This document shows, piece after piece, positions 51,680-61,116 of a stretch of DNA of 64,000 nucleotides. The DNA lies in contig PLXS01000037.1 of the NCBI GenBank assembly GCA_003151515.1, positions 71,978 through 135,977 on the forward strand, written 5' to 3'. Each line of letters opens with the position of its first letter. Positions within the stretch are counted from its first letter, which is position 1. The stretch is from Opitutaceae bacterium. Lineage in GTDB: Bacteria > Verrucomicrobiota > Verrucomicrobiia > Opitutales > Opitutaceae. The notes below the pieces were generated by a model. It made no database searches, was not told the DNA's origin, and worked only from the letters and a program-made list of their open reading frames with translations. The position numbers and the translations under genes are program-made.

Positions 51680-52839
51680 GGGGACGCGGCATTCACGAAC
51701 CGTTCAATCCGGTCGCACGCCTCCACAAGCTGCTCGTAGCCCGTGGCAAAGCTCGCGCGGACGAACCCCTTGCCGCCCTCGCCGAAAGCCGTGCCCGGGA
51801 CGACGGCGACGCTCTGCGCCTGGAGCAGGCCGTAGGCGAAGTCGCGGTCGCCAAGCCCGGTGGAGGCGATGCTCGGGAAGACGTAGAAGGCGCCGCCCGG
51901 CGCGCGGCACGGAAGGCCCGCGGCGTTCAACCGGCGAACGACCAGGTCGCGCCGCCTGTGGTACTGCTCGCGCATCTCCTTGACGCCGTCCTCGCCGCGG
52001 GCGAGGGCCTCGACGGCCGCCTCCTGGGAGAGGATCGGGGCGCACAGCATCGAGTACTGGTGGACCTTCATCATGGCTTCGACGAGCTCCGCGGGCCCGC
52101 AGGCGTACCCGATGCGGAATCCGGTCATCGCGAAGGCCTTCGAGAAGCCGTGCAGGAAAACGGTCCGCTCCCTCATGCCGGGCATCGCCGCGAGGCTCGT
52201 GTGCGCCGAGTCGTAGACCAGCTCGGAGTAGATCTCGTCGCTGAGCACGATCAGGTCCTTCTCGACGGCGAAGCGGGCGATCTTCTCAAGGCGCGCGCGG
52301 TCGCACGTGCCGCCGGTCGGGTTGCACGGGAAGTTGACCATCAGGACCTTGCATCCCGGCTGCCAGGCCCGCTCGAGGTCCTCGGCGTTGAGCGCGAAGC
52401 CGTCTGCCTCCCGCGTCGGCACCGCCAGGGCGACGCCGTGGGCCAGCGCGACGCTCGGGTGATACGAGACGTAGCAGGGCTGGTGGTAGAGCACCTTGTC
52501 GCCCGGGTTCAGGAGCGCGCGAAGCGCAAGGTCTATCGCCTCGGAGACGCCGACGGTGACCAGGACCTCGTCCTCGGGCCGGTAGGCCATCGTGTAGTTG
52601 CGCTCCACATACGTCGAGATCGCCCGCCTCAGCTCCAGGAGCCCGAGGTTGGACGTGTAATGGGTCTTGCCCTTCTCAAGGGCGTAGATCGCGGCCTCGC
52701 GGATGTGCCAGGGCGTGTCGAAGTCGGGCTCGCCTATCCCCAGCGAGATCACGTCCTTCATCTTGGACACGATCTCGAAGAAGTCGCGGATGCCCGACTT
52801 GGGCAGCGCCGCGACGTGGCGCGCGACGAAGCGCTTCAT
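51655..52839 (-). CDS. pyridoxal-phosphate-dependent aminotransferase (class I/II)
   Basis: 394 aa, with '[13 protein letters not shown]', 'NFPCNPTGG' and 'HGFSKAFAMTGFRIGY'. Confidence 0.9.
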   Translation of the reverse strand: MKRFVARHVAALPKSGIRDFFEIVSKMKDVISLGIGEPDFDTPWHIREAAIYALEKGKTHYTSNLGLLELRRAISTYVERNYTMAYRPEDEVLVTVGVSEAIDLALRALLNPGDKVLYHQPCYVSYHPSVALAHGVALAVPTREADGFALNAEDLERAWQPGCKVLMVNFPCNPTGGTCDRARLEKIARFAVEKDLIVLSDEIYSELVYDSAHTSLAAMPGMRERTVFLHGFSKAFAMTGFRIGYACGPAELVEAMMKVHQYSMLCAPILSQEAAVEALARGEDGVKEMREQYHRRRDLVVRRLNAAGLPCRAPGGAFYVFPSIASTGLGDRDFAYGLLQAQSVAVVPGTAFGEGGKGFVRASFATGYEQLVEACDRIERFVNAASPCPAPSSS

Positions 52840-53330
52840 GGCGAGACCTTGAGCCTTTCCGCGTCCTCGGCCGGCGCCTCGATGAGGAACGATCCCTCCT
52901 TGTACGAGCGCAGGAGGAAATGGGTGCTTGTCGACAGCACGCCCCCGAGGGTCGAGAGCTTCTCGGAGACGAAGCTCGCCACCTTCTGCAGGCTCGGCCC
53001 GTTCACGAATATGAGCAGGTCGTAGGCGCCCGACATGAGGTAGCAGGACTCGACCTCGTCGAACTTGCTGATGCGCTCGGCCAGGCGGTTGAAGCCTCCC
53101 CCGCGCTCGGGCGTCATCTTCACCTCGATCACGGCCCGCACGGCGGTCGCCTCGGCCCGGGACAGGTCCAGAACGGGCCTCCAGCCGAGGAAGATCCGGT
53201 CCTTTTTCAGCTGCTCAAGCTGCCGGTTGACTTCGGCTTCGGGGATTCCGGCTACCTGAGCTATCTGCGCAGCGGTGAGATGTCCGCCTTCCACGAGAAG
53301 CTTGAGTACCGGGTTCATAGGGGGTCGCAT
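52836..53330 (-). CDS. Lrp/AsnC family transcriptional regulator
   Basis: It has the HTH '[30 protein letters not shown]' and an AsnC-type C-terminal domain. The start is 53330 or 53318. A 4-nt overlap joins it to the aminotransferase gene. Confidence 0.8.
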   Translation of the reverse strand: MRPPMNPVLKLLVEGGHLTAAQIAQVAGIPEAEVNRQLEQLKKDRIFLGWRPVLDLSRAEATAVRAVIEVKMTPERGGGFNRLAERISKFDEVESCYLMSGAYDLLIFVNGPSLQKVASFVSEKLSTLGGVLSTSTHFLLRSYKEGSFLIEAPAEDAERLKVSP

Positions 53331-53419
53331 CCTCTCACGGGTGCGCCCCGATAAGCCATCCCAAAAGAGCCTCGCGGGTATTGCGTCGGAAAGCCCGATC
53401 ATCCATGCGATGGGCTCGC

Positions 53420-54763
53420 ATGTTTGAATCCCTGACCGAAAAACTGTCCTCCGCGCTGCGCAACCTGCGCGGCGCGGGCAGGCTCTCCGACGAGAACATG
53501 GCCGCGGCGCTGGCCGAGGTGCGTGCCGCGCTCCTGTCCGCCGACGTCCACTTCAAGGTCGCCCGCGAGTTCGTGGAGCGCGTCCAGGCCCAGTGCGCCG
53601 GCCAGGAGGTCCTCAAGGGCGTCACGCCCGGCCAGCAGGTAATCAAGATCATCCACGACGAGCTCGTGCGCCTCCTGGGCGAGGGTTCGACCGGCGTGAG
53701 CGCCGCCCGCCCGCTCAAGGTGCTCATGGTGGGCCTCCACGGCTCGGGCAAGACGACCTCGACTGCGAAGATCGGCCGGCTCCTGAAGAAGCGCGGCTAC
53801 CGCCCCTTCGCGGTCGCCTGCGACGTCCAGCGGCCCGCCGCCATCGACCAGCTGGAGATCCTCTCCGGGCAGGAGGAGATCGGGTTCTACTGCGACCGCG
53901 CCTCCAAGGACGTGCCCGCGATCGGCAGGGCCGGGCTGGCCGCGGCGGCGGCAGCGGGAGCGGACGCCGTGCTCTTCGACACGGCGGGGCGCCTGCAGAT
54001 CGACGAGGTGCTCGTCGCGGAGGTGAAGCGCCTCGGCGCCGAGGTGAGCCCGGACGAGGTGCTCCTCGTCGTGGACGGCGCCTTGGGCCAGGAGGCCGTC
54101 AACGTGGCAAAGGGGTTCCACGACGCCCTGCAGCTTACGGGCCTTGTCCTGACGAAGTTGGACGGCGACGCACGCGGCGGCGCGGCGCTGTCCATAAAGT
54201 CCATAACGGGGACCCCGATCAAGTTCGTCGGCACCGGCGAGAGGACCGAGGACTTCGACGCGTTCTACCCGGACAGGCTCGCGTCGCGAATCCTCGGCAT
54301 GGGCGACGTCGTGTCCCTTGTCGAGAAGGCCAAGGAATCGATCGACGAGGCCGAGGCCGAGCGCATGGCCGAGAAGATGCGCAAGGCCGACTTCAACCTG
54401 GAGGACTTCCTGGCGCAGCTTCAGCAGGTGAAGAAGATGGGCTCCATGCAGAGCATCGTCGGGATGCTCCCCGGGATGAGCGGCGTGCAGCTGGGCGACG
54501 GCGCCGAGCGCCAGATGGCCCGAACGGAGGCTATCATCCGATCGATGACCTTTCAGGAGCGGCGCAAGCCCGAGGTCCTCAACGGCAGCCGCAGGCAGAG
54601 GATCGCAAACGGGGCCGGCGTGAAGATCGCCGACGTGAACCAGCTCATAAAGCAGTTCCAGCAGATGCAGAAGGTTATGCGCATGATGAAGGGCGGCAAC
54701 CAGAAGAAGCTCATGCGCCAGATGGAGGCCATGAAGGTACGGGGCGGCTTTCCGGGGATGTAG
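53420..54763 (+). CDS. ffh: signal recognition particle protein Ffh
   Basis: The ATG at 53420 gives '[18 protein letters not shown]'. G-domain motifs '[10 protein letters not shown]' and 'DTAGRL' are present, and the M domain is Met-rich. Confidence 0.95.
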   Translation: MFESLTEKLSSALRNLRGAGRLSDENMAAALAEVRAALLSADVHFKVAREFVERVQAQCAGQEVLKGVTPGQQVIKIIHDELVRLLGEGSTGVSAARPLKVLMVGLHGSGKTTSTAKIGRLLKKRGYRPFAVACDVQRPAAIDQLEILSGQEEIGFYCDRASKDVPAIGRAGLAAAAAAGADAVLFDTAGRLQIDEVLVAEVKRLGAEVSPDEVLLVVDGALGQEAVNVAKGFHDALQLTGLVLTKLDGDARGGAALSIKSITGTPIKFVGTGERTEDFDAFYPDRLASRILGMGDVVSLVEKAKESIDEAEAERMAEKMRKADFNLEDFLAQLQQVKKMGSMQSIVGMLPGMSGVQLGDGAERQMARTEAIIRSMTFQERRKPEVLNGSRRQRIANGAGVKIADVNQLIKQFQQMQKVMRMMKGGNQKKLMRQMEAMKVRGGFPGM

Positions 54764-54868
54764 GCCCCGCAAGACGCTATTTTTGATTGGTTGACCCCAT
54801 CGAGACTCGCGTAAGGATCCCGAATTCCGTTTGCATAAGTCCGTTTTTCGAACTTCTTTGGGTCCGAA

Positions 54869-55099
54869 ATGAAGACCTATTCCGTGACTGAGGCCAAGGC
54901 CAAGCTGGGCCCTCTTGCCGATTTGGCGCTCAAGAAGCGCCCCATCTTCATCCGGAGGGGCCAACGGATACTCCAGCTGGTTGAGGCAACGCTCCCCGAG
55001 CCGATTCCCCATTACCCTGAAGGGCATTTCGCCGTCGGAGAGGAGCGCGCCGCATATCTGAATTCCCTTCCCGTGGATCCGGAGCCGCTCGATCGATGA
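54869..55099 (+). CDS. type II antitoxin, Phd/YefM-like
   Basis: 76 aa. 'YSVTEAKAKLGPLADLALKKRPIFIRRGQRILQLV' follows the Phd/YefM N-terminal pattern. It has an ATGA overlap with the next gene. Confidence 0.7.
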   Translation: MKTYSVTEAKAKLGPLADLALKKRPIFIRRGQRILQLVEATLPEPIPHYPEGHFAVGEERAAYLNSLPVDPEPLDR

Positions 55100-55440
55100 C
55101 TTCCATTCGCCAATGGGACATTGTCCGGGTGCGGATTAATGCCAATGACCGCGACGAACATCCGGCCATCATTCTTTCGCCGGCAGAGGTTTCATTGTCG
55201 CCGCGTGTTGATCGCGTAAACGTCATCTACGGGTCGACACGGAGGCCGGGGCAAGATCTTCGTCCAGGTGAAGTCATTCTTGATGAGGCTGACGGCTTGG
55301 ATCATCTGACTGTTTTCGACTGTCTCCTTTTCCCTGTGGTTAAGAAAGGCGCCATTTCGGCGGTCGTTGGTCACATCTCGGCCGAGCGCAAACGTCATTT
55401 GCATCGGACTCTGGTCGCGGCCCTTCGGCTCTTCTCGTAG
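55096..55440 (+). CDS. type II toxin, MazF/PemK-like
   Basis: 114 aa. 'WDIVRVRIN...DEHPAIILSP...DHLTVFDCLLFPVVKK' parallels the MazF/PemK beta-barrel motifs. Confidence 0.65.
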   Translation: MTSIRQWDIVRVRINANDRDEHPAIILSPAEVSLSPRVDRVNVIYGSTRRPGQDLRPGEVILDEADGLDHLTVFDCLLFPVVKKGAISAVVGHISAERKRHLHRTLVAALRLFS

Positions 55441-55561
55441 ACCCCTAGTCTCCTGCGCGCCCCCCTACTTCCGGAGCGTCTTCGGTTCCCTGGACTCGGA
55501 AGGCTAGAGAGCGAGTTCGATCGGGACCGGGCTCCATGTCCGGCGTCAGTAACCCGCCCTT

Positions 55562-56149
55562 TCAGGCGAACCTGGGGCCCCCGCCCCGCCCTCCCGGGGG
55601 GTAGTACCTGAGCACCATCCAGTTGATCGCAACAAGGATGAACAGGCCCGGCAGGCCGCTGGACACGCTTGCGATCGCCCATGAAAGGGCCCCGCGCCCG
55701 TCTATAAGGGACGGAAGCATCGCGGCCGCCAGGGCCGCGACCGCCATGCACGCCAGATAGGCGGGCGCCGCGAGGAACCAGCGCGCCCCCGCCCGCGCCA
55801 GCAGCGCCCGCATGGCGGCAACGAACACGAGCAGCTGCAGGGACATCATGGACGCGCCCGCCGGCGCCGGGTGCGAGGTCAGGGCCCAGTTGAGCCAGGG
55901 CGCCAGGAGCGCGACCGCGAACGCGGTCCCCTGGCGGCCGACAAGTGCAGCAAGCAGCGGCGCGTAGAACATCGGCAGCAGCCGCACCCCGAGTCGGGAG
56001 TCCTGGGGGACGGGGATGATGTGGATCAGGAACGGGAACATCACCGACAGGCAGAGCAGGATCCCGAGCTCGCGGGCCGTTGAGAGCGTGAGGAACCGGA
56101 CGGTGCGCCCGGTTCCGGCCATAGGTGTGTCACTCATCGCCGGGCTCAT
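55562..56149 (-). CDS. polytopic membrane protein, uncharacterised (weak ECF-S-component-like look)
   Basis: 195 aa with about 6 hydrophobic segments. It lies 57 nt downstream of the AKR gene on the same strand. Confidence 0.5.
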   Translation of the reverse strand: MSPAMSDTPMAGTGRTVRFLTLSTARELGILLCLSVMFPFLIHIIPVPQDSRLGVRLLPMFYAPLLAALVGRQGTAFAVALLAPWLNWALTSHPAPAGASMMSLQLLVFVAAMRALLARAGARWFLAAPAYLACMAVAALAAAMLPSLIDGRGALSWAIASVSSGLPGLFILVAINWMVLRYYPPGGRGGGPRFA

Positions 56150-56206
56150 GGATGATGGAGTCGCACGGCGGTGGCGATCGCGTTCTTCTGGGCCCCTGGG
56201 CCGCGC

Positions 56207-57400
56207 CTACGCGAGGAGGCCGTGGGCCTCCCGCATGAGCTCGCCTATGGGCAGCCCGCGCGGGCAGGCCTTCTCCGCCCGCGAATAATCCAGGTGCGCG
56301 ACGCGCGCCCTCGTCTCGGCGGGGATCTCCGCGAAGAGCGAGCGGGCGTCCACGTCGTCCCCGTAGTTTCGCCTGTACATGAGGTGGCGAAGGACGTCAG
56401 CCACCGGCACGGCGTTGCCGATCGCCGGCTCGCACAGGCGCCGGCACCCGGCGCAGTAGCCGGCCGACGTCGCGGTCGCGTACCGCTCCAGGGCGTCGCG
56501 GTCCGCCTCGGCGAGGCTCGTCCTGTCGAGGGCGGCGGCGATGTTCTCGTGGCAGAACTTGAGGTTGGGCATCTGCACGCACGCGACCGAGATCTGCGGG
56601 TTCTCCATCACCACCTTGAGCTTCGCCTGGCCGGGCGTGAACCCGCGCGCCGTGATCGGCGATAGCAGGTCGGCCTGCTCCTGCGTGTCCAGGCGCAGCC
56701 TCTGTCCCTGGGTCTTCATCGCGGTTAGGCCAATGCCGGCACTGTGGCACGCGTCGACCGCGGCCATGAGATCCGGCTCCTTCATGACGCGGTAGTTGTA
56801 CGTGAACAGGATGCCGTCTATCCACCCGAGCTTCGCGGCGCCGGACAGGCACTGGGCCATGTTGCTGTGCGTGCTGAAGCCGAAGAACCTGATCTTGCCG
56901 GCCCGCTTGGCCTGCTCGGCGAAGGCCCTGGCCTCAGGCGTGTCGACGTCGGAAATGTCGCCGATCCCGTGGCACAGGAACAGGTCGACGTAGTCCATCT
57001 GCAGCCGCGCCAGGGACTCGTCCAGGGTGCGCATGTAGTCGGGGCCGCGGCCCTTCGTGACGATGAACAGGCCCTTGCGCACGCCCGGGTTCTTCTGCAG
57101 GAACATGCCGATGCCGCGCTCGCTGCCGCCCTTCTCGTAGACCGCGGCGGTGTCCCAGTAGGTGACTCCGCGGTCGAGCGCGTGGCGCAGGATGATCTGG
57201 TTGTCGATGATGTCGAACATGCATCCCAGGCCGACGATGGGCACGTCGACCCCGGTCCTGCCGTACTTCTTGGTGGGGATGGCCAGTCTCGGGGCGTCCC
57301 CGCCCCAGACGAGGGCGGGCGCCATCATGGCCCCCAGCCCGGCTGCGCCGGTCGCCGCCAGGAACTCCCGGCGGGAGATGACACGCTTATTGGCTTTCAT
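56207..57400 (-). CDS. Tat-signal aldo/keto reductase with C-terminal [4Fe-4S]-type Cys motif
   Basis: It has the twin-arginine signal 'SRREFLAATGAAGLGA', an AKR core ('GVTYWDTAAVYEKGGSE', 'FIVTKG') and the C-terminal motif 'CAGCRRLCEP...CPRG'. Confidence 0.8.
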   Translation of the reverse strand: MKANKRVISRREFLAATGAAGLGAMMAPALVWGGDAPRLAIPTKKYGRTGVDVPIVGLGCMFDIIDNQIILRHALDRGVTYWDTAAVYEKGGSERGIGMFLQKNPGVRKGLFIVTKGRGPDYMRTLDESLARLQMDYVDLFLCHGIGDISDVDTPEARAFAEQAKRAGKIRFFGFSTHSNMAQCLSGAAKLGWIDGILFTYNYRVMKEPDLMAAVDACHSAGIGLTAMKTQGQRLRLDTQEQADLLSPITARGFTPGQAKLKVVMENPQISVACVQMPNLKFCHENIAAALDRTSLAEADRDALERYATATSAGYCAGCRRLCEPAIGNAVPVADVLRHLMYRRNYGDDVDARSLFAEIPAETRARVAHLDYSRAEKACPRGLPIGELMREAHGLLA

Positions 57401-58946
57401 GGTGCAAAAGGATGGCGTGGCCGCGATCGCGCGACTCGTTGTCGGCCGTGACCCGGATGGCGCGCAGCCCGTTCATGGGGCACTCGTGCTCGCAGACGCC
57501 GCAGCCGATGCAGCGGGCCGGGTCGACGACCGGCCGCTGCAGCCGCACCGTCCCCCCGTCGCGCGTCGCCTGGACTGCCTCCTCGAGGTGGATCGCCTTT
57601 GGCGAGACCGGGCAGATCTCCTCGCAGACGATGCAGGGGCGCTCCATGGCCCAGGGCAGGCACCGGCCGCGGTCCACGAAGGCCAGTCCCACCCGGATGG
57701 GCCCGGCGGCCTCGAAGCCGCCCCTGCCCATCCTCTCGTCGAGCGACAGGGGCCTGATGGCCCCGGTCGGGCACGCGTGGCCGCAGGCGACGCAGTTGGC
57801 CTGGCATCCGCTCGAGCCGATGCGGTTGTTGAGCGTCGGGGTCCACAGCGCCTCCCAGCCCCAGGCGAACCCGGCGGGCTGCAGCACGTTCGTCGGGCAC
57901 ACGCGCACGCACTCTCCGCACTTGATGCAGCGCGCGAGGAACTCCTCCTCGGCGACCGAGCCCGGTGGCCGGATCATGCCGGCGGGCCAGTTGCCCGCCG
58001 TCGCGCCCCCGAGGCGCGCGAGCGGGGCGACCGCGAGGCCGGCCGCGACAGAAACCATGAAGTCGCGCCTGGAGATGCCGGGCGCCGCCACCTCGCCCGC
58101 CGGGGAGGGCCGCTGGCCGTAGCCCACCGGCTCGACGGACGGGCAGTCGTCCAGGCAGTTCATGCACATCATGCACTCGCTCAGGCGGATCGGCCCGACC
58201 GGATTGCATGCGCCCGCGCAGTCCAGGTCGCACAGGCCGCATTCGATGCACTTGGCTCGGCGCGTCACGATGCTCCACGGCGAAAGGCGACCGACGACCC
58301 CCAGGAGGGCGCCAAGCGGGCAGACGAAGCGGCAGTAGAAGCGGGGCACGGCGAGGTTTAGCAGGACGAGAGCGAGGAAGAGGGCCCCTATCAGGCCCGC
58401 GCCGCTGTAGAACCGGCTGGCCACGCCCCTGCCCGCCGCAAGGTCGCCAAGCGACAGCACCGCGAAGTTGAACGACCGGGTAACCAGGGGGATGGGGTCA
58501 AGGAGCCCCGTCTGCAGCGTGGCGAGGGCCATCTTCCCGACGGGCAGGAGCGCCGCCGCCAGCAGCGCCGCGAGAATGCCATACTTGACGGCCTGCGCGG
58601 GATGGTATCGGTTCGCCTCCATGCGGCGCTTGAGCGGCCGCGACCGCTGCCCCAGCCAGCCCATGAAGTGGTGAATCGTTCCAAACGGGCAGATCCACCC
58701 GCAGAAGACGCGCCCCAGGAGGATCGTCAGCGCGACGATGGCCAGGGCCCACAGGAGCCCCGGGTGGAGCGAGCGCGTGGTCAGGGCGGTGCCCGCGGCG
58801 ACCAGCGGGTCGAGCTCGAGGAACCAGCGTATCGGCCAGCCCCTCCACTGCCAGGGGCGGGTCCCGACGGTGGCCACGACGCACAGCCACGCGAAGAGCG
58901 CGAGGAAGAAGGCCTGGGCGATGCGCCGTGCGGTGGTGATTCGCAT
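57387..58946 (-). CDS. NapH/MauN-like membrane polyferredoxin (4Fe-4S binding protein)
   Basis: Membrane motifs 'CGWICPFG' and 'CRFVCPLG' are followed by repeated CxxCxxCxxxCP ferredoxin motifs (CIECGLCDLDC, CMMCMNCLDDCP, CIKCGECVRVCP, CIVCEEICP, CIGCGVCEHECP). Confidence 0.85.
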   Translation of the reverse strand: MRITTARRIAQAFFLALFAWLCVVATVGTRPWQWRGWPIRWFLELDPLVAAGTALTTRSLHPGLLWALAIVALTILLGRVFCGWICPFGTIHHFMGWLGQRSRPLKRRMEANRYHPAQAVKYGILAALLAAALLPVGKMALATLQTGLLDPIPLVTRSFNFAVLSLGDLAAGRGVASRFYSGAGLIGALFLALVLLNLAVPRFYCRFVCPLGALLGVVGRLSPWSIVTRRAKCIECGLCDLDCAGACNPVGPIRLSECMMCMNCLDDCPSVEPVGYGQRPSPAGEVAAPGISRRDFMVSVAAGLAVAPLARLGGATAGNWPAGMIRPPGSVAEEEFLARCIKCGECVRVCPTNVLQPAGFAWGWEALWTPTLNNRIGSSGCQANCVACGHACPTGAIRPLSLDERMGRGGFEAAGPIRVGLAFVDRGRCLPWAMERPCIVCEEICPVSPKAIHLEEAVQATRDGGTVRLQRPVVDPARCIGCGVCEHECPMNGLRAIRVTADNESRDRGHAILLHHESQ

Positions 58947-58952
58947 GGGCGC

Positions 58953-59963
58953 TCAGGCGTTTGCGGGCGCCACCCGCACCGGGCGCAGCGACTCGTAGTC
59001 GGTCGTGCCAAGGCCAAGCGCGCCCGCGCGCACGAGGTAGGGCAGGTCGCGGTACGTCCGCCCAAGGAGCGTCGCCCCGAGCGCGTCCGCGGCGACCCCG
59101 TCGGTGCTGACGATGAGGGTGTTCGTCTCCTTCAGATCGGCCAGCGACCCGCCCGTGGGCCCGTTCGCCATCATGCTGTCCGTTCCGTCGAGCACGACTA
59201 GGGTCGGCCTCACCATCATCGACAGCTCGACGATGATGCCGTCGATGTCCTGGTGAAACTGGTTCCTGCGGCCGCCGAGGAGCCCGTACCAGTTCTTCAT
59301 GGTCATCGAGGCCCCTGCGCGGTGGTGGCTCTTGACCGGGGCGACGCCGATCAGCTTGGTGACCCCGAAGAACGGCTCGTCGAGGACGGGCCAGTCGCGT
59401 ATGAGGCTGGCTCCCTTGAGCGTCCCGCTGCGGAAGGAGCCGGGCCCGGGCACGTAGAGGTCCGCGCCGGACGCGCGCGCTGCGGGCCCAATGCCGGTCA
59501 GCTCGAAGCAGCTCTCGGGGGCGTTGATGGGGTTGTCGGTCACGACCACCGACGCCGCGCCGGCCGCCCTGCACAGGCGCACCAGCTCCGAGAGCAGCTC
59601 CGGGTTCGTGGTCGCCCCGATCATGGCCGGGGTTGCGAAGGCCGCGTTCACCTTAACCATGACGCGGTCGCCGCGCTTGATGAAGCGCTCGATCCCGCCG
59701 AGCGCGGCAAGAGCGCCCCGCAGCATCGCCGGGCGGTCGCGCCCGGTGGCTATCCCCATGGAGGGCCCGGGCGAGCGCATGGAGAAGTCCCTGCGGGCGT
59801 CAAGGCTTCGCATCCGGCTGAAGTCGCCCGGGGGATGACGGTCAAGGAGCCAGGCCGAGAGGCTCCCGGCGGCGGCAATGGCGGCCCCCGCCTGGGCGCT
59901 GCGGCGCAGGAACTCTCGGCGCGTTTGCGATAAACCCTGAGGAATTGGCTGCTCCGGGCTCAT
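58953..59963 (-). CDS. Tat-signal DUF362 domain-containing protein
   Basis: It has 'TRREFLRRSAQAGAAIAAAG'. 'VMVKVNAAFATPAMIGATTNPELLSELVRLCRAAGA' matches my recollection of the DUF362 core. Confidence 0.7.
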   Translation of the reverse strand: MSPEQPIPQGLSQTRREFLRRSAQAGAAIAAAGSLSAWLLDRHPPGDFSRMRSLDARRDFSMRSPGPSMGIATGRDRPAMLRGALAALGGIERFIKRGDRVMVKVNAAFATPAMIGATTNPELLSELVRLCRAAGAASVVVTDNPINAPESCFELTGIGPAARASGADLYVPGPGSFRSGTLKGASLIRDWPVLDEPFFGVTKLIGVAPVKSHHRAGASMTMKNWYGLLGGRRNQFHQDIDGIIVELSMMVRPTLVVLDGTDSMMANGPTGGSLADLKETNTLIVSTDGVAADALGATLLGRTYRDLPYLVRAGALGLGTTDYESLRPVRVAPANA

Positions 59964-60964
59964 TGGGGTCCATTCGCCAGCCGCGCGGCAATGACGGAGA
60001 GCCAGCGCTCAGCCGACTGGCGGTCCGCGGCCTGGTGCACGCCGCCGAGGTAGGGTCCCGACGAGAAGACCGCCTCGTACCTTCCCTCGAGCTCGACAAG
60101 CGATGCGCCCAGGGGCGCGGCCGGCGCGGCCGCCGCCTTGCCGCCGCAGTCGTCCACGAAGAAGGAGCGCAGCTCCTGCGCCTGCCTGGCGGCCTCCTGC
60201 GCCGTGGCGCGCCTCGCGGCGAACAGCGTCACCTCGCCCGCCCCGTCCCGGTAGCGGGCGATGAAGACATTGGAGAGCTTGTCGGAGCCGAAGACGTCGG
60301 ACGGCACGAGCGCCACGGTTCCGGCGATCTGCCCCTCTGAGGGGAAGAACGCCTCCTCGGCGCCGACGTTCGCGTGCTCCGTGACCGCCGTTGCGGCGAC
60401 GAATGAGCGGGCAAGCGCCTCCGCCGCCCGCATCGTGGACTGCGCGCGGTCCGAACAGACGAACTCGGCGTAGTACCTGCCGTGGACGATGCAGAGCTCG
60501 TTGTCGGCCTCGTAGCTGTAGTCAGCGATGGCGGCGTCGGCGGCCTTCGGCCGCCTTTGCGAGCTGAACACCGAAAACGCGTTCGACGGATTGCCCATGT
60601 CGAACACGAACGCCTCCATCCATGCCGGCGGGCTCCCCGCGAGGCCCACGCGCTGGGCCTTGAGCGAAACGAACCCGGCCGACAGGTACAGGTCCGCCTT
60701 CCCGTCAATCTTGTCGGAGAGCGTGTCCGGCCCGAACGCCTCCTGGGCGCCCATGGGCGAGAGGCCGTCCGGCCAGCTCGCGAGCAGCCCCTGCGCCCGG
60801 ACGCCGGGCGCGGGCGCCCCGGCCGCCGAGGCGGCCAGGACCGCTGGGTCGAAGACCCTCTGGCGCAGGCAGACGCCCGCCAGGACGCTCGCCAGCACGA
60901 CGAGCGCAGCCGCCGAGATCGCTTTTTCCCCAGCGCCCGGGCTTCTTGCCTTCGAATAGGACAT
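59960..60964 (-). CDS. membrane-anchored hypothetical protein
   Basis: 334 aa with an N-terminal anchor 'ISAAALVVLASVLAGVCL'. An ATGA-type 4-nt overlap joins it to the DUF362 gene. Confidence 0.55.
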   Translation of the reverse strand: MSYSKARSPGAGEKAISAAALVVLASVLAGVCLRQRVFDPAVLAASAAGAPAPGVRAQGLLASWPDGLSPMGAQEAFGPDTLSDKIDGKADLYLSAGFVSLKAQRVGLAGSPPAWMEAFVFDMGNPSNAFSVFSSQRRPKAADAAIADYSYEADNELCIVHGRYYAEFVCSDRAQSTMRAAEALARSFVAATAVTEHANVGAEEAFFPSEGQIAGTVALVPSDVFGSDKLSNVFIARYRDGAGEVTLFAARRATAQEAARQAQELRSFFVDDCGGKAAAAPAAPLGASLVELEGRYEAVFSSGPYLGGVHQAADRQSAERWLSVIAARLANGPQ

Positions 60965-61116
60965 ACCCTGCGGAGGGCGGGCCCGCCGCAGGCCCTAAGG
61001 ATATCGCCGGCGCGCCCCCGGTGTGGCGCATCGGTTGGCAAAACAAATGCATAAATTGGCCACGGAAGCGCGAGTTCCCAGCGCCAGGCCGTCCGCGCGG
61101 CCGGACCCGCGCGGTC

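Noticed and set aside
61036-61051. Sigma-54-like -24/-12 element TGGCA-N6-ATGCA, with correct GG-N10-GC spacing on the + strand.
   Set aside because: It points into the 3' end of the minus-strand PEP-CTERM gene, so it is antisense and has no + strand gene to drive. On the minus strand, facing the redox operon, the spacing is one nt short. This is a single match that could arise by chance.
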